From a virus (Duplodnaviria > Caudoviricetes): a DNA stretch of 61,743 nucleotides. The stretch covers positions 1-61,743 of the IMG/VR virus record IMGVR_UViG_3300032893_000044. The stretch is one strand, 5' to 3'. Position 1 is the first letter of the stretch. The number at the start of each line of letters is the position of its first letter. Below the pieces are notes generated by a model. The model searched no databases, was not told the origin of the DNA, and saw nothing but the letters and a program-made list of their open reading frames with translations. This document shows positions 45,010 to 54,636 of the stretch, in pieces. The translations under genes were made by a program, and so were the position numbers.

Positions 45010-45573
45010 ATGGCAAGAGAAGTCAGACGCGGCGAAGAAGCTGCCCGCGGTCAAAATGAAATGAGTCACGAGGCTCGTTCAGATAATCATCGACGCTTAC
45101 AAGAGCGTATTGCTGCTTTGAGAAAAGTACAAAACATGGATTATTCTAATCCCATGGCGATTTTGAAAGATATCGTTCCGCCCGGCTGGGAATATGCCTT
45201 CAAACGTATCTTCATTCGAGACTTTTATGACCAAGGCAACTGGGGGATGGCGCAGGCCAACGGCTGGGAACCTGTCCCAGCAGATAGACACCCAGAATTG
45301 GCATTGATGAAAGATATCACCGTGCATGAGCAGTTCAGAAACTCTTACTTTTATAAAGGCGGTATCTTGTGCGAACGTCCTTTAGTTATCAGCTTAGAGC
45401 ATCGCAAGAGAGTCCGAGACGAAGAGCTCAGAAAAGTTAATGACTTGGAAACTTTAAAGAACACCATGAACGAGGCTGGCATTATCCCCGGCAATTGGGT
45501 TGCTAACAAAGTGCAGCCTGCGCAAGGCGGCTCTTTTGAATCCAGCTATGATGAGTCTTTAGGTCGATTTTAA
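45010..45573 (+). CDS. Conserved head-module protein
   Basis: PPGWEY.F.R, GWEPV.A..HPE, GG.LC.RP. Confidence 0.7.
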   Translation: MAREVRRGEEAARGQNEMSHEARSDNHRRLQERIAALRKVQNMDYSNPMAILKDIVPPGWEYAFKRIFIRDFYDQGNWGMAQANGWEPVPADRHPELALMKDITVHEQFRNSYFYKGGILCERPLVISLEHRKRVRDEELRKVNDLETLKNTMNEAGIIPGNWVANKVQPAQGGSFESSYDESLGRF

Positions 45574-45834
45574 AATCGTTTGGTAGTAATCCCGATATTG
45601 CACTAAATTGGGCGAGTTGGGATTACTATAGCGAGCTGTCAAAGCCTTAAAGTAAAGATGAACCTGAAGGGGCGGTATGCCTTGTTTCTTGCTTTCGTGA
45701 GCCAGAAAGTTTCCGAACTTGGGGTTAATTGGGTGCGGCGCAAGTAATATCGAATTTAGCCATGCGCTATAAATCTTATCAATTGCTTCAAAAGACGGGC
45801 AGATTTCTAATATGTCATCCCGATACCTTAGCAT
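45559..45834 (-). CDS. YY-motif protein (cluster D)
   Basis: FGNFL..IPP..YRDYYQTIL. Confidence 0.65.
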   Translation of the reverse strand: MLRYRDDILEICPSFEAIDKIYSAWLNSILLAPHPINPKFGNFLAHESKKQGIPPLQVHLYFKALTARYSNPNSPNLVQYRDYYQTILKST

Positions 45835-46127
45835 TTTGCAAGCTCCATAATCGTTTGGTAGTAAGACTTGAACTCCTCTAAAGCGCGGTCCATTGGAGAA
45901 GCAAAAGAGATATACTTTTGCCAAAATAATAACACATTTGCAGAGTGTATGGTATGTATGTGGCTGCGATTAGGATGAGGGTAAGAAAGAAAAAACTTGC
46001 CAAAGGAAGGAATACTATAGTCATGTCGATAAGCAAAATAAACATTATAAATTGCGTCAAACTGAGGCACGTGCGTGCGAAGAAAGTCATAATACCATGG
46101 AAGAATATGACTAACCATTTTGTGCAT
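45828..46127 (-). CDS. YY-motif protein (cluster D)
   Basis: FGKFFL..FKSYYQTIM. Confidence 0.65.
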   Translation of the reverse strand: MHKMVSHILPWYYDFLRTHVPQFDAIYNVYFAYRHDYSIPSFGKFFLSYPHPNRSHIHTIHSANVLLFWQKYISFASPMDRALEEFKSYYQTIMELAKC

Positions 46128-46449
46128 CCTTCATGATGGCTTTATAGTAGCGAATTGCATAAAAATCCCAATCCATCCCTAACGTCCCGCACATTAAAAA
46201 TTTTAACGCCATTCCTGGGGGAACCTTATGTTGATTGACGTAAAGATAGTGGGCAAACCCTTTAGGTAAACCTTCTATATTATGCCAATGCTCGCTTTCT
46301 AGCAAGATATACTCTAGCGATATACTCTTTATATCATCCCAATGTCGATTGTCTATCGGGCAATAATCTTTATTAAAAAGCCGAATAATTTTAAGATTCC
46401 AGTGTTTCAGTTTTTGCTTTCTGTACCAGCTGCGTAAAGCTTTTAGCAT
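46111..46449 (-). CDS. YY-motif protein (cluster D)
   Basis: YLY..Q.KVPPGMALKFLM..IRYYKAIMKDA. Confidence 0.65.
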   Translation of the reverse strand: MLKALRSWYRKQKLKHWNLKIIRLFNKDYCPIDNRHWDDIKSISLEYILLESEHWHNIEGLPKGFAHYLYVNQHKVPPGMALKFLMCGTLGMDWDFYAIRYYKAIMKDAQNG

Positions 46450-46733
46450 GATGCATCCTTCATGACGGCTTGGTAGTAGAGTTTTGGGTCAGGATATCTT
46501 GTTAAGTTAGGTTCGTCTGTTAATAAATAATAAAGCGTCATTGCCGGTGGGATTTTACGCTGTTTTATATAAAGATAGCGCAGAAAGCCGTACAACCCTG
46601 GGTGATGGAAATCTTCTGTCCAATAGTTGGGATCTCCCTGGGGGAAATAATCATTCAGAAAAATTTTGCGAATTGTATACACCCATTTATTTAATCTTTT
46701 TTCTCTGTTTCTTTGACGTATCCACTTAAACAT
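46443..46733 (-). CDS. YY-motif protein (cluster D), paralog of neighbour
   Basis: YLY..Q.KIPPAMTLYYLL..KLYYQAVMKDA. Confidence 0.65.
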   Translation of the reverse strand: MFKWIRQRNREKRLNKWVYTIRKIFLNDYFPQGDPNYWTEDFHHPGLYGFLRYLYIKQRKIPPAMTLYYLLTDEPNLTRYPDPKLYYQAVMKDASC

Positions 46734-46735
46734 AT

Positions 46736-46906
46736 TTACTCCTTTAGTTCTAAGATATATTGATAGTAACGTCGTGAATAAACAAGAGACCGCCGTGTAC
46801 TCTCAAAGCAGGAGCCACGCAGAAGATATCTAAAGATATCAGAAGGAGGTTTATGATACATATAAAAAATATCAGATGTTGCTCCAATGAATTTGTTTTT
46901 ACTCAT
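46736..46906 (-). CDS. YY-motif small protein (cluster D; below ORF-track cutoff)
   Basis: Translated by eye: PPSDIFRYLL..SRRYYQYIL. Confidence 0.65.
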   Translation of the reverse strand: MSKNKFIGATSDIFYMYHKPPSDIFRYLLRGSCFESTRRSLVYSRRYYQYILELKE

Positions 46907-47132
46907 CTTCTGCTTCGTTTGAGTTTACTATCGCTTGATAAGACCGCTTTAGCTCTGACAAATCTGTTAATCGAGGATGACAAACGAAATGAGTAAGGCT
47001 AACTTTAAATCTTTCGCTGGTGGTTTTGGCGGCAAGCATCGCCAGCTCTCTCCGAAGCATAATAGCGCTTACCTGTGCCATCACATTGTTCAGCTCTGAG
47101 AACAGATTAATACCCCGAGCAGTTCTTATCAT
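46899..47132 (-). CDS. YY-like protein (cluster D)
   Basis: LKRSYQAIV; ATGA overlap. Confidence 0.55.
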   Translation of the reverse strand: MIRTARGINLFSELNNVMAQVSAIMLRRELAMLAAKTTSERFKVSLTHFVCHPRLTDLSELKRSYQAIVNSNEAEDE

Positions 47133-47362
47133 TCCCTTCCTCTTATGGCCAATTGGTAATATCGTTTTACGTCTACTAAGCCAAATTTCCAGCTTAAAAA
47201 TCTTAAAGCGATTCTTCTTGGTACATTTGAATGATAATACAAATATTGATATAAGCGCACACCTTGCCGTACTTGCCGGGAGCGCCAGTAGGCTTTTAAA
47301 ATGGGCCAGTTCCACTGGTCTAGTACGTTATCCCTCTCATCTAGCTCATCTAAGATGCTCAT
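47129..47362 (-). CDS. YY-motif small protein (cluster D)
   Basis: YLY..VPRRIALRFL..VKRYYQLAI. Confidence 0.65.
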   Translation of the reverse strand: MSILDELDERDNVLDQWNWPILKAYWRSRQVRQGVRLYQYLYYHSNVPRRIALRFLSWKFGLVDVKRYYQLAIRGRE

Positions 47363-47559
47363 TTAGGCATGCCCATCACATGTTGATAATAATGCTTAAT
47401 CCTTGGTAGCCGATAATAGCTTAAAAAATAGTTAAATACTTCAGATTTTGAAAGGTCAGTTGTATTAAATAAATATTGATGAGGAAATTCATAGGGCGAA
47501 ATAAGGTAACCGTTGACAATTCTTTCATTTAAAGAATCAAGATATTCCTTGTCGCTCAT
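47359..47559 (-). CDS. YY-motif small protein (cluster D)
   Basis: YLF..SEVFNYFL..IKHYYQHVMG. Confidence 0.65.
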   Translation of the reverse strand: MSDKEYLDSLNERIVNGYLISPYEFPHQYLFNTTDLSKSEVFNYFLSYYRLPRIKHYYQHVMGMPK

Positions 47560-47808
47560 TTAGGCATGCCCAGTATTAGTAATTCCTGTTACTAACTTAT
47601 AATACCATTTCATGTCACTTATAAATGGCTCGCTGATGCTTTTGTCAAAAGTGCGTAAACACTCAAAAGCAACGTTAATTGCATAACACTGTTCATATAA
47701 AAAGTGGGCAAAAGTGTATTCTGAGTAAGGCCGCTTCTCCGATCCTAAGTTGAACAAATACGTCGACAGCATCGATGCCCATAGAGCGCGCTTATCATTA
47801 TTAGTCAT
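47560..47808 (-). CDS. YY-motif small protein (cluster D)
   Basis: FAHFLY..MKWYYKLVTG. Confidence 0.65.
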   Translation of the reverse strand: MTNNDKRALWASMLSTYLFNLGSEKRPYSEYTFAHFLYEQCYAINVAFECLRTFDKSISEPFISDMKWYYKLVTGITNTGHA

Positions 47809-47817
47809 TCAAATATC

Positions 47818-48045
47818 TCACTTATTCCTTGTTAGGTCCCGATAAAACGGCTTAAACGCTTCACGCCAACCTGGCCCAAACTCAATCAAGAGCCAAGCAA
47901 GCACTTCATGAGCGGGTATCTCTGTCAAAATAAAGCTTATAAAGTCTCGGCTCAGGACATCAAATCTTGTCCCCGCGCCAAACCTGTTTTGTACAAAAGG
48001 CTTCCAATACAATTGGTTTAAAATCCGAAGTCGCTTTTTAGTCAT
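47818..48045 (-). CDS. YY-like small protein (cluster D)
   Basis: IPAHEVLAWLL..FKPFYRDL. Confidence 0.6.
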   Translation of the reverse strand: MTKKRLRILNQLYWKPFVQNRFGAGTRFDVLSRDFISFILTEIPAHEVLAWLLIEFGPGWREAFKPFYRDLTRNK

Positions 48046-48102
48046 GCGTCATTTTAGTCGCCTCTTGACCCAATTTCAATCCTGTTGGAAACTAAGCTTA
48101 GA

Positions 48103-48153
48103 CGGACCTGAGTCTTACAAACGGTCAAGCGGACCTGAGCTTTCAAAACGGTC
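48103..48153 (+). repeat. Two tandem 24-nt hairpin repeats in capsid operon leader
   Basis: CGGACCTGAG-N6-AAACGGTC at 48103 and 48130. Confidence 0.7.
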
Positions 48154-48276
48154 GGAGCATTCCCCGGTTGTCTGAGCCACAAATCAGAGCGGATAAGAAC
48201 GCAAGTTCTTAAAAGTTAAGTTTTGCGGGCTGTCTTTTCCCCTTTGCAGATAAGCTCCTAGTGTGGAGTTTTCCTC

Positions 48277-49056
48277 ATGGCTTACGGCACAAACGCGCCG
48301 TTTGGTCTGCAACCCCGTTACTTTTTGAACGGTTCAACCTGGAATGACCAAACTCGCCAATATGACATTGCCTCAGGTTACACACCTGAAATCGGCGGTA
48401 CCCCTTTACCTGGACTCTTTATCGGTGATCCTGTTATTCGCCTCTCAGATGGCACTATTGGCATCTGGCCCGGCTTAGGCTCTCCCGGAAATCCTTCTGC
48501 TCCTATTTTAGGCGTTTTCTTCGGCTGCTTCTATTACGATACCAACGGCACCTACGTCCCCAGTAACTATTGGCCCGCAGGAACCGTCACACGCGGCGCA
48601 CAAAACGCTAAAGCTCTTATCGTTGACGATCCTAGCGTTATTTTCAGCGCTCAGGTTTCTACTAGCGCCGGTAATCCTTCTACTGCTGTAGGTATTCAGC
48701 TAAAGAACTTAGGCTGCAATATCTCTCCCGGAATGGGAAATAATCTCGGTGCAGCTGGTAACGCTTTTAATCCGGTAACAGGACCTGGTGGTGTTTATAC
48801 CCCTCCGGCTAACCCATTACCCTCCGGTGCAAATGGCGGACAGTCTACTTTTTATCTTGATTTCAGCGAAATGTCCAATACGGCCACTTATTGCCTGAAA
48901 TTAATTGATTTAGAACCCAATCCAGCACCCGGTCAACAATTCTACGTCGCAGGCCCCCCCACGAAAGGCGTCTTCAACAACGCTCTCGTAATCATCAATA
49001 GCCACTACTACAAAGGCGGCACTGGTACAGCAGGTACCGGCACGGTCGGGGTCTAA
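48277..49056 (+). CDS. Head decoration/minor capsid protein
   Basis: NAPFGL.P, IASGY, GVF.GC.Y, DDP..IF..Q; immediately precedes MCP. Confidence 0.7.
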   Translation: MAYGTNAPFGLQPRYFLNGSTWNDQTRQYDIASGYTPEIGGTPLPGLFIGDPVIRLSDGTIGIWPGLGSPGNPSAPILGVFFGCFYYDTNGTYVPSNYWPAGTVTRGAQNAKALIVDDPSVIFSAQVSTSAGNPSTAVGIQLKNLGCNISPGMGNNLGAAGNAFNPVTGPGGVYTPPANPLPSGANGGQSTFYLDFSEMSNTATYCLKLIDLEPNPAPGQQFYVAGPPTKGVFNNALVIINSHYYKGGTGTAGTGTVGV

Positions 49057-49066
49057 GGAGTAAATC

Positions 49067-49975
49067 ATGGCAATTAATACCTCGCAAATCCAACAACTCT
49101 TAAGGCCCGGCCTAAGCGCCGCGTTCGGGGACTTCGCAATGTACCCCGCTCAATGGCCTGAAATCTTCGATACCTATGAATCTGACAAGAATCAGGAAAT
49201 CGAATCTGAACAAAAATTCTTAGGCCTAGGTCAGATTAGACCCGAAGGAGCGCCTACTGCCGTGGACACTATGGGCCAACGCATTGTGACGACCTATGTC
49301 CATAGATATGTTGGTTTGTCCTTTGTCATCACGCGCATGGCTTTGTTAGACAACTTATATAAGTCAAAATTCCCACATATGGTGAAGAGCTTAAAACGCT
49401 CCTTAGCGCAAACGAAGGAAATTTTGGCAGCTAGCGTACTAAATAATGCGTTTGACGCTGCTTTCCCACTCGGAGATGGTCAGCCATTGTGCTCACTTAA
49501 TCATCCGATTGACGGGGGTGTGGTCGCTAATACGCCGGTGGTACAAAGCGATTTAACTGAAGCTGCTTTAGAGGCTGCGGTTATTACCATTCAACAATTT
49601 AGGGACCAGGCTGGACTCATTATCCATACCAAACCTAAGAAGATGATTGTGCCCACAGCTGGACAGTTTGTGGCCGAACGTCTATTAGGGTCTGCGTTCC
49701 GCGTGGATACCAACGTCAATACTATCTCGGCTATCTACAACACGCAGGTAGTTCCAGAAGGGTATCGCGTTAACCAATTCTTGACACCCCTCCAACCTAA
49801 TGCTTGGTTCTTACTCACTGATTCACCTGACTCATTTAAGCATTTTATTCGCGAGAAGGTCGAAACAGACGTGTACACGGAGCAGAGCACCGATAACCTC
49901 ATCGCAAAAGCTGTGGAAAGATACAGTTTTGGGGTATCTAACTTCCGAGGCGTTTACGGCAGCAATGGACCCTAA
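49067..49975 (+). CDS. Major capsid protein
   Basis: L.PGL.A.FG, DNLY, TKE..AA.VLNN.F, GDG..L.S..HP, AWFL.TD, ERYSFG. Confidence 0.9.
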   Translation: MAINTSQIQQLLRPGLSAAFGDFAMYPAQWPEIFDTYESDKNQEIESEQKFLGLGQIRPEGAPTAVDTMGQRIVTTYVHRYVGLSFVITRMALLDNLYKSKFPHMVKSLKRSLAQTKEILAASVLNNAFDAAFPLGDGQPLCSLNHPIDGGVVANTPVVQSDLTEAALEAAVITIQQFRDQAGLIIHTKPKKMIVPTAGQFVAERLLGSAFRVDTNVNTISAIYNTQVVPEGYRVNQFLTPLQPNAWFLLTDSPDSFKHFIREKVETDVYTEQSTDNLIAKAVERYSFGVSNFRGVYGSNGP

Positions 49976-49995
49976 GAGGTTTCTAGGAGCAGAGT

Positions 49996-51927
49996 ATGGC
50001 TATTAACTTACTTGCCCCTGGCGGGGCCTCGCCTTCGGGCTACCTGATTTACGACACGGTCAAAGCTTATCCCGCTCAAAACGGGTTGCCCGCGGCGGGT
50101 CCTGGTGGAACAGCGTCTTTTACGAAAGTTGATGTTGACGGTGTAGAAACAGTTGTCTCAGCGGCTTTAGAAATCCAATCGACATTAGGGGGATTATTGA
50201 TCCCTCGCATGACCACGGATGAACGTGAAGCGTTAGTGGTGACTGATGGGTTTTTGGTTTTTGATACCGATGATGTTGTTTTTTACATGCGGGCTTCTGA
50301 CGAATGGCAGGTGATTGCTAACCAGCCAGCCGGAGGGTATGTAGAAGGTCCTGAAACCACAACGGTTAACAGCGTTGCAACTTGGGGGAATGGTATTGGT
50401 ACTTACCTCAAAGAGGCAGTAGTAGAGATTGCGCCTGTTACGGGTAATATGACTGGTGTTGGAATTATCAATGCAACCGATATTGGCGATGCAATTACTC
50501 CTACTTATTCTTTTACGGGTAGAACGGATATCGGCATGTACACCAGTGCGGACGATACGCTTGATTTTGCAACCCATGGCGCAAGACAGTTCCAAATTTA
50601 CTCTACCGAGGACTCTGTTAACTTTCTTCAAGTAAGAGGAGCGGTTGCGGAAAATAATCCGTCAATTGTGTGCGTCTCTGAAAATTCACCTCCTGACACC
50701 AATTTTGGTTTAGATATTTTTACGTCTGGTGACGGGGCCGTTACTATCAAAGATGTTTTAGCTGAAAATGGCGGTCAAATTCGTTTAGCTCAAGACGATG
50801 GCACAGAGTTTGTCGGCTTTAAAGCGCCTACCAATGGCGTTACCACAACGATTTGGCAATTGCCTGCAACCGATGGTACGAATGGTCAAGCGCTGATTAC
50901 CAATGGGTCTGGCGTTTTATCCTGGGGTAGTTCGGGCACTGTCACCATTACCGGCACCCAAACGGCTAATCATGTCACTACCATTAATGCCAGCAACGTT
51001 TTACAGCAAACACCGGTGCTCATTGCGCAGGGAACTGGCAACGTAACAGGCGTTGGGATTGTTAATGCAGGCAATGGGGCAGAAGATGCACCCACTTACT
51101 CGTTCACCAGTCGAACTGATACGGGCATGTGGACCGATGGGGCAGCTATTAACTTTTCAACAGCAGCTGCTACTGCTTTTCAAATTGCTCAAACAATTAG
51201 TGCCACCGATTATATCATCGTCAAAGCGAGCATTGATGGTTTGCCGAGTTTCACGACAAGCGGCGACAGTACCAATATCGATTTAGATATTCTCTTAAAA
51301 GGTACGGGTCTTGTCAGAATTTCGTCTACCGGAGCTCATCCAGGCAGATTGATTTTGACAGACAACGCCGGAACAGGTTGGGTGGGTTTTTCAGCTCCTT
51401 CAGATTTAAGTCTTGCCGAACTCATTTGGCAATTACCTTTGGCTGACGGAACGGCTGGTCAAGCTTTAACCACCAACGGTTCACAAGTTTTAAGTTTTTC
51501 TAGCGTTGTTCAGGTTGCAACTGGCACTTTGAGCTCTGCTCAATGGCAAGGCATGTATGCAACACCGGTTGATTTAATTCCTGCACCGGGTGCCGGAAAA
51601 ATGGTTGTAGTCGTGAGTTGCAGCATTGAACTTGTGTGGGTTTCAGCCGAATACACCGGCGGAGGCACTGTTGCGCTGCAATATGGCTCAGCTGCACATG
51701 ACGTTGGACCGTTAGCGACTGCAACGATTGCTGCAAGCGCTTTCACCGTCGCACGAGTTGGTAATGGCGCAAATTCTGTTGCCGGAGCCGCAGGAGCTAT
51801 CCCACAAGCAGCCGCAACGAGTCTTGCCAATACTGGCATCTATATCAGTAACGGCAGCGCTGCCTTTGCAACGGGTGACAGCACTTTCAAATACTCGATC
51901 GCTTACTACATTGCTTCAGTGAGTTAA
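49996..51927 (+). CDS. Fibre-like virion protein with internal duplication
   Basis: Two copies of PTYSFT.RTD.GM..VGF.AP..WQLP..DGT.GQAL.TNGS. Confidence 0.7.
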   Translation: MAINLLAPGGASPSGYLIYDTVKAYPAQNGLPAAGPGGTASFTKVDVDGVETVVSAALEIQSTLGGLLIPRMTTDEREALVVTDGFLVFDTDDVVFYMRASDEWQVIANQPAGGYVEGPETTTVNSVATWGNGIGTYLKEAVVEIAPVTGNMTGVGIINATDIGDAITPTYSFTGRTDIGMYTSADDTLDFATHGARQFQIYSTEDSVNFLQVRGAVAENNPSIVCVSENSPPDTNFGLDIFTSGDGAVTIKDVLAENGGQIRLAQDDGTEFVGFKAPTNGVTTTIWQLPATDGTNGQALITNGSGVLSWGSSGTVTITGTQTANHVTTINASNVLQQTPVLIAQGTGNVTGVGIVNAGNGAEDAPTYSFTSRTDTGMWTDGAAINFSTAAATAFQIAQTISATDYIIVKASIDGLPSFTTSGDSTNIDLDILLKGTGLVRISSTGAHPGRLILTDNAGTGWVGFSAPSDLSLAELIWQLPLADGTAGQALTTNGSQVLSFSSVVQVATGTLSSAQWQGMYATPVDLIPAPGAGKMVVVVSCSIELVWVSAEYTGGGTVALQYGSAAHDVGPLATATIAASAFTVARVGNGANSVAGAAGAIPQAAATSLANTGIYISNGSAAFATGDSTFKYSIAYYIASVS

Positions 51928-51957
51928 ACGGATTTTTTAAAAACCAAGGAGAGACCC

Positions 51958-52224
51958 ATGAAAAATGCAAACGATGTTTTACAAATCCTCGAACAGAAGT
52001 TGAAAGAAGTCAACGAGCGTATTCGGGCTTATCAAACGCAAGTGTTAGCTATCAAGTCTGATATTGAAAAGTTCCAATCTGCAAAAGAGCAAATGGAAGA
52101 TGCGCTAAAAGCATTAGACGGCGCAAGACAAGCGTATGAACTCGCTATTTCTGAAACCAAGGATTTAAGCGCCAAGGCAGAAAATACCGAAGCTGAGAAA
52201 ACCACAGAGGTTAAAAAAGCCTAA
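51958..52224 (+). CDS. Coiled-coil protein (fibre chaperone-like)
   Basis: Heptad pattern, L.GA motif. Confidence 0.55.
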   Translation: MKNANDVLQILEQKLKEVNERIRAYQTQVLAIKSDIEKFQSAKEQMEDALKALDGARQAYELAISETKDLSAKAENTEAEKTTEVKKA

Positions 52225-52964
52225 TGAAACCGATTGTTTTTGCCTGGCCTCCCGCTTCAACCACTTTCGTCGCAGCTTCACAAAACACGGCGAGCGCAGG
52301 CGCGTTGATTCTGAATGGGGCCGGGTCAAACATCGGGAATGGCGGATTGGTTTCAGTGCCTTTTTGGAATGTCAATCGTACCGTTAGCCTCACTTCAGTC
52401 AATAACTTAAGCGGTGTAACCTTTACGGTGACAGGCACGCTCAACGGCCAAACGGTTTCTGCCAGCTTGGCAGGACCTAACAACAATACCGTCTATACCA
52501 CGCAAACATTTAATACCGTCACCGGTGTGAGTGTGAGTGGTGCTGTGACGGCGGTCAGCGTGGGCTCTGGGACCACCGGTTCGACGAACTGGGTGCGCTA
52601 TAACCATTATGCCACCGTCAAAGGTTTTGCCGTTCAAGTGCAAGTGACAGCAGCCACGATGGACAACACTATCACGTATGAGCTGCAAACCACGATGGAT
52701 AACGTGGAAGTGGTAGCCTCCCCCGCGTTAACGATTGGCGCAGTGGTTAGGAATGCAACAGCGGTTGCAGACCCTACTACGGATGCGCAAACGGCGTGGA
52801 CGACCATTATGAACGGAGCTGACCCCATTACCGCAGCAGGTACTTTGGTTGCCTCTGACTTTTTACCCAACGTTTTTCAATATGCGCGTATTGCGATTAC
52901 TGCTCAATCAGCCACCTTTGCCGGCCAATTAAACGCCAGCTTTATGCAACAAGGAGTGACTTGA
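52224..52964 (+). CDS. Virion structural protein
   Basis: Beta-rich; TFTVTGT..SA.LAGPNN.TV..F..VT.V..SVG. Confidence 0.65.
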   Translation: MKPIVFAWPPASTTFVAASQNTASAGALILNGAGSNIGNGGLVSVPFWNVNRTVSLTSVNNLSGVTFTVTGTLNGQTVSASLAGPNNNTVYTTQTFNTVTGVSVSGAVTAVSVGSGTTGSTNWVRYNHYATVKGFAVQVQVTAATMDNTITYELQTTMDNVEVVASPALTIGAVVRNATAVADPTTDAQTAWTTIMNGADPITAAGTLVASDFLPNVFQYARIAITAQSATFAGQLNASFMQQGVT

Positions 52965-53149
52965 TGAATAGACCGCAAAAAAACTGGATTCAGGGCGCGA
53001 TTAAAAAACCCGGGGCACTGCACAAACAATTGGGCGTACCGGAGGGTAAAAAAATCCCCGCCGCAAAGCTCAATAAAGCTGCTCATTCTGATAACCCTTT
53101 GCTTAGAAAACGAGCGAATTTAGCCAAAACCTTAAAGAAATTTCATTAA
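52961..53149 (+). CDS. Conserved small basic phage protein
   Basis: NWIQGAIKKPGALH..LGVP.G.KIP..KL..A..RA.LAKTL. Confidence 0.7.
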   Translation: MMNRPQKNWIQGAIKKPGALHKQLGVPEGKKIPAAKLNKAAHSDNPLLRKRANLAKTLKKFH

Positions 53150-53171
53150 ACGGAAATTCATGGGATGGTGA

Positions 53172-54305
53172 ATGCTCACGACAACTTCGGGTTTATATAC
53201 CTACAATACCCCGCAAAATAGACTCCTCATCGACGATGCGTATGAGCGTTGTGGTATTGTCCCCCAGTTGTTAAGTGATGAACAGTTAAGGGCAGCATCT
53301 AGAACCGCTAACCTCATTTTACAATCTTATCCCAATCGCGGGCTTAATCTTTGGTTAAGACGAACCGCGATGTTAGCGCTCATTCCTTATCAAGCTCAAT
53401 ATAATCTGCCGCTTTATACCCTCGATGTTTTAGAAATGACGCTGCGCCGTTCCGTCAGAAACTTAAGCGGAACCGCTTATTCCAGCGCAGGGGGTGTGGC
53501 TGCAAATGCGTTTGACGGCAATCCCGCCACCGCTTGTACACAAAATGCGCCTAATGGCTTCATCAGCTATCAATGGCCTTATACCATTACTCAACCCGTT
53601 GGGAATGTGGTCTTAAATCCTTACACGAATGGTACGACCGCGATTACTTTAGTTGGTGTAATCTCTAACGTCACCCGCGATTATACCCTAACGTTTTCGT
53701 GGTCGCCTTATGTAACCAATTGGGACCCCAATACCGCAACCTGGTATCCCGTTCTAAGCGTTCCTACCCAAACTTATACGGCCGGTCAATTGTACTGGTT
53801 TAGCGTTGTTGCACCGGCTTTTGGTACTGCTTTTAGATGCCAAGAAACGAATGGCGCAACCCTAGATATCCAAGAACTCTATTTTAACAATCAGGTGAAC
53901 GATGTCTTGATGACACGTATCTCTGAATCTGAGTACATGTCTTACCCTAACAAAAGCTTGCCGACCATGACGTGGCCGAGCAGCTTTTATGTAGACCGGC
54001 AAATCAATCCCGTGCTCTATGTCTGGCCTTCGCCGGCTCCTCAATATAACAACATTTTTTATTCCTATACGCAGCAAATCCAAGACTTTGGACAACTCAT
54101 GAATGCGCCGCAATTGCCCGCTCGTTTCTTGAGCGCGTTTACGGCGGAACTGGCGTGGCGTTTAAGCGCAAAAGTCGCCCCTGACAGAAGCGAATCTTTA
54201 AAAGCGGATGCCAAAGAAGAATACGCAGCCGCGCATAACGAAGATAGAGAACGCGTGCCCTTACGCGTCTTTGGCGATTACATGCAAGGGTGGGCGCAAG
54301 AATGA
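53172..54305 (+). CDS. Head-tail adaptor (tail tubular A-like) with inserted beta-sandwich
   Basis: TSG.Y, AYERCG, NRGLNLW, Y..YPNK..PS.FYVDRQI.P..WP, P.RF, EDRER. Confidence 0.75.
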   Translation: MLTTTSGLYTYNTPQNRLLIDDAYERCGIVPQLLSDEQLRAASRTANLILQSYPNRGLNLWLRRTAMLALIPYQAQYNLPLYTLDVLEMTLRRSVRNLSGTAYSSAGGVAANAFDGNPATACTQNAPNGFISYQWPYTITQPVGNVVLNPYTNGTTAITLVGVISNVTRDYTLTFSWSPYVTNWDPNTATWYPVLSVPTQTYTAGQLYWFSVVAPAFGTAFRCQETNGATLDIQELYFNNQVNDVLMTRISESEYMSYPNKSLPTMTWPSSFYVDRQINPVLYVWPSPAPQYNNIFYSYTQQIQDFGQLMNAPQLPARFLSAFTAELAWRLSAKVAPDRSESLKADAKEEYAAAHNEDRERVPLRVFGDYMQGWAQE

Positions 54306-54634
54306 GCTATAGACCCCACGGAAAACTCGTTCGCATTGACAGCATGTCGCCTAAAGGATTGGGCATTTGCGATAAAACTCAGTTCATTTGCTTGCACGAA
54401 GATTTGGTCAAACAAATGGAATGGCGCGGCAATTCCCTGCAATGGACCGGCTATATGGTGCATCGCGACTACGTGGATAAGCCCAATGAACAATTGCGCC
54501 CTCCTATTTTAGCGCCGGACCCCGTTCCCTTAGTCAATCCGCGGCATGAGCAAATTCCCCCCAACGGGCCGCCCAATGTCCCGGATTTTCAAACTTCTTA
54601 CCTCATCCTCAATCAAACCTACTTTGGCGGTTAA
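54302..54634 (+). CDS. Conserved small tail-module protein
   Basis: GICD..F, L.KQ.EW.G..L.WTG..V...D.P..Q..DP.P..NPR. Confidence 0.7.
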   Translation: MSYRPHGKLVRIDSMSPKGLGICDKTQFICLHEDLVKQMEWRGNSLQWTGYMVHRDYVDKPNEQLRPPILAPDPVPLVNPRHEQIPPNGPPNVPDFQTSYLILNQTYFGG

Positions 54635-54636
54635 AC

